From contig MFRM01000020.1 in assembly GCA_001784555.1 (NCBI GenBank), positions 101,733-165,732 on the forward strand: a stretch of DNA of 64,000 nucleotides, given 5' to 3'. The position numbers and the translations under genes were made by a program. This DNA is from Candidatus Melainabacteria bacterium RIFCSPHIGHO2_02_FULL_34_12 (GTDB lineage Bacteria > Cyanobacteriota > Vampirovibrionia > 2-02-FULL-35-15). Of the stretch, positions 60,274-64,000 are shown one piece after another (the first letter of the stretch is position 1; every line of letters begins with the position of its first letter). A model generated the notes under the pieces. The model saw nothing but the letters and a program-made list of their open reading frames with translations. It had not been told where the DNA came from and did no database searches.

Positions 60274-61613
60274 TCGTATTTAATCCTTGGGTCAGCGATT
60301 TTAAGCAAGAGATCAGCAATTAAGTTTCCGACTATAAGCATAGTAGCTCCAATCATAAGATTTACCATTGTAAGATTTACATCAAGCTTTCTGGCTGCTT
60401 CAAGTGTCAGTGCACCAAGTCCAGGATATGCAAGAATGGTTTCAGTCAGTGCAGCACCGCTTAAAAGTGCAGCAAATTCAAATCCAAAAATAGTAATTAA
60501 AGGATTTATTGCATTTCTTAGAGCATGTTTATAGATTACTTTATCAGTAGGCAGTCCTTTTGCAATTGCTGTTTTAATATATTCTTGCCTTAGAACATCC
60601 AGAAGATTTGCTCTCATTTGTCTTTGAAGTCCGGCTATAGACACTATCGTCAGGATAAATGTAGGTAAAATCAAATGTTTCCCTAAATCTAATATTTTTT
60701 CCAAAACATTCATTTCATAAAAATTTACGCTGGTTAAACCACCGACAGGAATAATCTGACTGTTAAGTGCAAAAAGTAAACCAAGAACAGCCAGAATAAA
60801 TGTAGGTGTGGACATTCCACATGAGGTAAGTATTGCTAGGAATTTGTCGATAAACTTATTTCGTGAAAGTGCTGCCCATATTCCAAGAGGTATTGCAATT
60901 AGCCATGTGCAAAGAAGTGTGCAAATACTTAAGAGTAAAGTGTTTAAAATTGGTTTTTTAATAACGCTTGAAACAGGTTGATTTTGTTGTGTAACTCCTA
61001 AGTCACCATGAAATAATCCTTTAAGCCAGAGCATGTACTGAATATGCCAAGGTTCGTTTAAACCAAGTCTTTTTTCTTCTGCGTTGAGAACACTTTCACT
61101 AATTGCAGGATTAAATCTAAGATCAGCAAGCGGATCCCCGGATTTCAGTACAATTGGTTTTATTGAAATATTGGCTGGAAAATAATTTGCCGGGACAAAA
61201 GAAAAAATTAAAACTGCAATGCCTACAATAATTTTAGGCAGATAGTTTGATTTGCTTATGTATGATTGGAACCAGTACAGAAAATTGAAAGAAAGAAAAG
61301 ATACAAAGGAAAGTAAAAATGATATTTTGTGGTTTTTAAGGAATATATCAAAAGGTAAGATTGAAAATGAAGATAAATACCATGAAAAATAAATTAAGAT
61401 TATGAGACTGGGAATGCCCAGGAAATACCAGGAATTTATTTTAGTCAGGGAATAAAAAACCATTAAAAAAATTACAGGAAATATTATCAGACTTAGATTA
61501 AAAGCTTTAAGTGTTATATTTAAACGAATAATTGCAAAACTTATCATTGAAACAATAAGCAAAAGTGGAATAGCTGAAAGAATTCTTTTAAAGATATAAG
61601 CTGTTGTGCTCAT
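60264..61613 (-). CDS. Peptide/nickel ABC transporter permease (OppB/DppB) with N-terminal insertion
   Basis: YIFKRIL, GDP, EYIKTAIAKG, HALRNA, DPRI. Confidence 0.9.
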   Translation of the reverse strand: MSTTAYIFKRILSAIPLLLIVSMISFAIIRLNITLKAFNLSLIIFPVIFLMVFYSLTKINSWYFLGIPSLIILIYFSWYLSSFSILPFDIFLKNHKISFLLSFVSFLSFNFLYWFQSYISKSNYLPKIIVGIAVLIFSFVPANYFPANISIKPIVLKSGDPLADLRFNPAISESVLNAEEKRLGLNEPWHIQYMLWLKGLFHGDLGVTQQNQPVSSVIKKPILNTLLLSICTLLCTWLIAIPLGIWAALSRNKFIDKFLAILTSCGMSTPTFILAVLGLLFALNSQIIPVGGLTSVNFYEMNVLEKILDLGKHLILPTFILTIVSIAGLQRQMRANLLDVLRQEYIKTAIAKGLPTDKVIYKHALRNAINPLITIFGFEFAALLSGAALTETILAYPGLGALTLEAARKLDVNLTMVNLMIGATMLIVGNLIADLLLKIADPRIKYDTA

Positions 61614-61636
61614 TTCATTTATTATAATTTAAGCTT

Positions 61637-61747
61637 TACTAAAAAAGTCACTTTTTATGCTCAGCATATGCCCTTCCGCTCCCTTACACCCTAGGAGGGA
61701 TACGCTCGCTCCAGGGCATATGCTTCGCTCTTGTGACTTTTTCAGTA
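61637..61747. repeat. 111-bp bulged hairpin/MITE-like element in divergent spacer
   Basis: TACTAAAAAAGTCAC/GTGACTTTTTCAGTA ends (14/15), inner GCATATGCCCT/AGGGCATATGC. Confidence 0.75.
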
Positions 61748-61767
61748 GATTATAATTGAAATGCGTT

Positions 61768-62535
61768 ATGAACCTAAATAAAAATAGAACCAATATATTT
61801 ATCAGACTTAACAAAGCTATTGCAATGTGTGGCTATGCATCTAGAAGAAAAGCAGATGATTTGATAAAAAAAGGCATGGTCAGGGTAAATGACAGGGTTG
61901 TCTCAGATCCTGGCTCTAAAATATCAGAAAATGACAGAATAAAAGTAAATAATATCAGTCTTAGATTCCTGAAAAATCAATACCTGCTTTTTTATAAGCC
62001 AACAGGTTATATTACAACGACTAAAGATGAGCGTAACCGAAAAACCATATATGATCTTTTGCCTTCAAAGCTTTCTCATTTAAAACCAGTAGGAAGATTA
62101 GACAGAGATTCTGAAGGTTTGCTGCTGCTTTCTAACGATGGAGAGTTTATAAATAGTGTTCTTCACCCAAAAAATGTTATAAATAAAACTTATCTGGTTA
62201 AAATGAATAACCAGTTGCCTGAAAATGAAGCAAGCTATATACAGGAAAAGTTACTTGAAGGTGTTTACCTGGATGGAAGAATTATTAAAGTGGATTCTAT
62301 AAGGTATCTGGGGCACCAGACCCGCAAGAACAGGAAACAAAGCATATTTGAAGCCGTCATCCATGAAGGAGTAAACAGACAAGTCAGAAGAATGTTTCAG
62401 GTGCTTGGATTCTCAGTGGCTGAGTTAATAAGAATAAAAATTGCAAATCTGCAAATTGGTAATTTAGGTAAAGGAAAATTTAAAGAACTAGGTAGAATAG
62501 AGGCATATGAGATCTTACACAATAAGAGAAACTAA
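61768..62535 (+). CDS. rRNA pseudouridine synthase (RluB/RsuA family)
   Basis: S4 domain (RLNKAIA.CG.ASRR), VGRLDRDSEGLLL, EG.NRQVRRM. Confidence 0.92.
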   Translation: MNLNKNRTNIFIRLNKAIAMCGYASRRKADDLIKKGMVRVNDRVVSDPGSKISENDRIKVNNISLRFLKNQYLLFYKPTGYITTTKDERNRKTIYDLLPSKLSHLKPVGRLDRDSEGLLLLSNDGEFINSVLHPKNVINKTYLVKMNNQLPENEASYIQEKLLEGVYLDGRIIKVDSIRYLGHQTRKNRKQSIFEAVIHEGVNRQVRRMFQVLGFSVAELIRIKIANLQIGNLGKGKFKELGRIEAYEILHNKRN

Positions 62536-63454
62536 ACAAGAAATTAAAGATAATACAAGTCAGGTTTCTCTTTTACAAATCGGGCTAGCGTTAAAAGAAG
62601 CCAGAGAAAAAAGATCATTCTCACTTAAAGATATAAGAGATATAACATGTATACCGACGCATCATTTAGTGGCTATTGAAAATGGGAACAGAGCTGAATT
62701 ACCTGAAGATTTTTATTTAATGGGATTTATAAAAAGATATGCAAGAGCTGTTGGAATAAATGAAAATATAAAAGACTCATCTCCTAGTTATGGAATAGAT
62801 GCATTTGATGTTCTTTTTAAAGAAGATTATAAAACAAAAGAACCTAAAATAATTAATCTGAAAAAAAAAGGTGGACATAAAGACTCCGAGATATTTAAAG
62901 AAGGCTTTCTAAAGGGTTATCATTTTTATTTTTTTATTGGAGTAATATTGTTTGTAGCAGCCATATATTTGATATTTCAGACACTTAGAACTAATTCATA
63001 TAATTCAATGCCAGCCACGACTTTTGTAATTGAAGATGGGAAGCCAGTCTATATTGAAAAATCAAAAAATACTGATAAGTCAGAAAATGTTATAGAAGAT
63101 GAAGATGAAGATGAGGATGAGGAAATGCCTGAAGATTATAAAGGAATAAGCTGGGGAGAGGAAGGACAGTCTCAAGTTACAAGTTTCAAGTCACAAGTTG
63201 CAAAACCTAAATTGCAAGCTACAAGTCTCAAGCCACCTGTTGCAAGACCTAAGCAGCAAGTTACAAGTTTTAAGTCACAAGTTGCAAAATCTAAACCACA
63301 AGTTATAAATGCTAAGCCAAATCCAAAACCAATAGTTAAACCTGTACAAAAATCAATAACTAAACCATTGCCACTGCCTCCGCCCATTCAAATTCAGCAG
63401 AAAAAAAATACTGAGCTTATGCTAAGACCCTTAAAGATTGAGCCAGGTAATTAA
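62507..63454 (+). CDS. RodZ-like HTH membrane protein
   Basis: G..LK.ARE...SL, L.AIE.G...LP, GFIKRYA, one TM, low-complexity C-terminus. Confidence 0.75.
   Translation: MRSYTIRETKQEIKDNTSQVSLLQIGLALKEAREKRSFSLKDIRDITCIPTHHLVAIENGNRAELPEDFYLMGFIKRYARAVGINENIKDSSPSYGIDAFDVLFKEDYKTKEPKIINLKKKGGHKDSEIFKEGFLKGYHFYFFIGVILFVAAIYLIFQTLRTNSYNSMPATTFVIEDGKPVYIEKSKNTDKSENVIEDEDEDEDEEMPEDYKGISWGEEGQSQVTSFKSQVAKPKLQATSLKPPVARPKQQVTSFKSQVAKSKPQVINAKPNPKPIVKPVQKSITKPLPLPPPIQIQQKKNTELMLRPLKIEPGN
63168..63321 (+). repeat. About 22 degenerate 7-bp tandem units (AGTYDCA-like) within the RodZ-like CDS
   Basis: agtctca agttaca agtttca agtcaca agttgca... Confidence 0.8.
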
Positions 63455-64000
63455 ATTCTTTCTAAAACAGAATCAGCTACTTTTATAAGACACGATCTTA
63501 TTTCTTCATTTCTAACAAAATAAAGATTTTCTTTAGCTTTAGATATATATTCAATTGCAAGTTGTTTTGCTTGTTCGCAGGCACCCAGCTCATGTATAAG
63601 TCTTATAGTTTTATCAAAATCTTTTTCATTATTATTGAACCGGTTTTCTATAAGAGTTTTAATTTGTTTTGCTCTTTCATCAGTGCTATTTAATGCAAAT
63701 AATGTTGGAGCAGTGATTATGCCCTGTTTTAGATCTGCGCCTACTTCTTTTCCTATTTCTTTCGCATTACTGGTAAAGTCCAGAATGTCATCTACGATTT
63801 GAAATGAAATGCCAAAATTATTTCCAAATGAATTTGCATCTTTAACAATTTTTTCATCCTGATTATTAAGCAATGCTGCAGATTTGCAACACGCAGCAAA
63901 TAAACTTGCAGTTTTAGCTGTGGATTTTCTAATGTAGGTTTCCCAGTTTGTATTTATATTAAAAAGTGAAGAATATTGTTCAGTTTCACCATCACAAAGA
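63451..64000 (-). CDS. Polyprenyl (solanesyl-like) diphosphate synthase, 5'-partial
   Basis: KTA.LF, FQIVDDILDF, GK..G.DL..G..T.P; frame continues to the window edge. Confidence 0.9.
   Translation of the reverse strand, partial: LCDGETEQYSSLFNINTNWETYIRKSTAKTASLFAACCKSAALLNNQDEKIVKDANSFGNNFGISFQIVDDILDFTSNAKEIGKEVGADLKQGIITAPTLFALNSTDERAKQIKTLIENRFNNNEKDFDKTIRLIHELGACEQAKQLAIEYISKAKENLYFVRNEEIRSCLIKVADSVLERI

Noticed and set aside
63095..63123. GAAGAT hexamer run
   Set aside because: Simple codon repeat encoding an acidic ED tract.

Overview
A 64 kb AT-rich, gene-dense bacterial chromosome segment, mostly housekeeping genes: cell envelope (mrdA, ftsI-like PBP, mreBC, murI, murQ, amidase, SpoIID/LytB, RodZ-like, kdsA, lgt), translation (rpsL-rpsG, rpsB-tsf-pyrH, smpB, rplU-rpmA, gatB, tgt, rsmH), dnaE, recR, HU, metabolism (gdhA, trpA, pyrC, argF, gcvPB, metF, panB, rpiB), three tRNAs and the SRP RNA. 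Cyanobacteria-like signatures (DnaE AEYCFNKSHS, a HAS-barrel protein, scattered operons) with no photosynthesis genes in the window suggest Melainabacteria/Vampirovibrionia; this is an inference. I saw no transposase, phage gene or CRISPR array. The main unexplained structure is a dense set of tiny GC-rich repeats. (1) About 11 copies of a ~28-bp GTAG...CTAC palindrome; four lie in-frame inside enzyme genes (trpA, murI, a phosphodiester glycosidase, an amidohydrolase) and together use all three frames. (2) Four longer bulged hairpin elements. (3) 7- and 8-bp tandem microrepeats that build spacers, gene ends and one whole protein domain. Also notable: two tandem secreted six-cysteine mini-proteins with a defensin-like motif, several orphan membrane proteins (one sits where fusA normally follows rpsG), a stand-alone MshEN protein, a triple-degenerate REC-GGDEF-REC regulator, and an OppB with a ~126-aa membrane insert.
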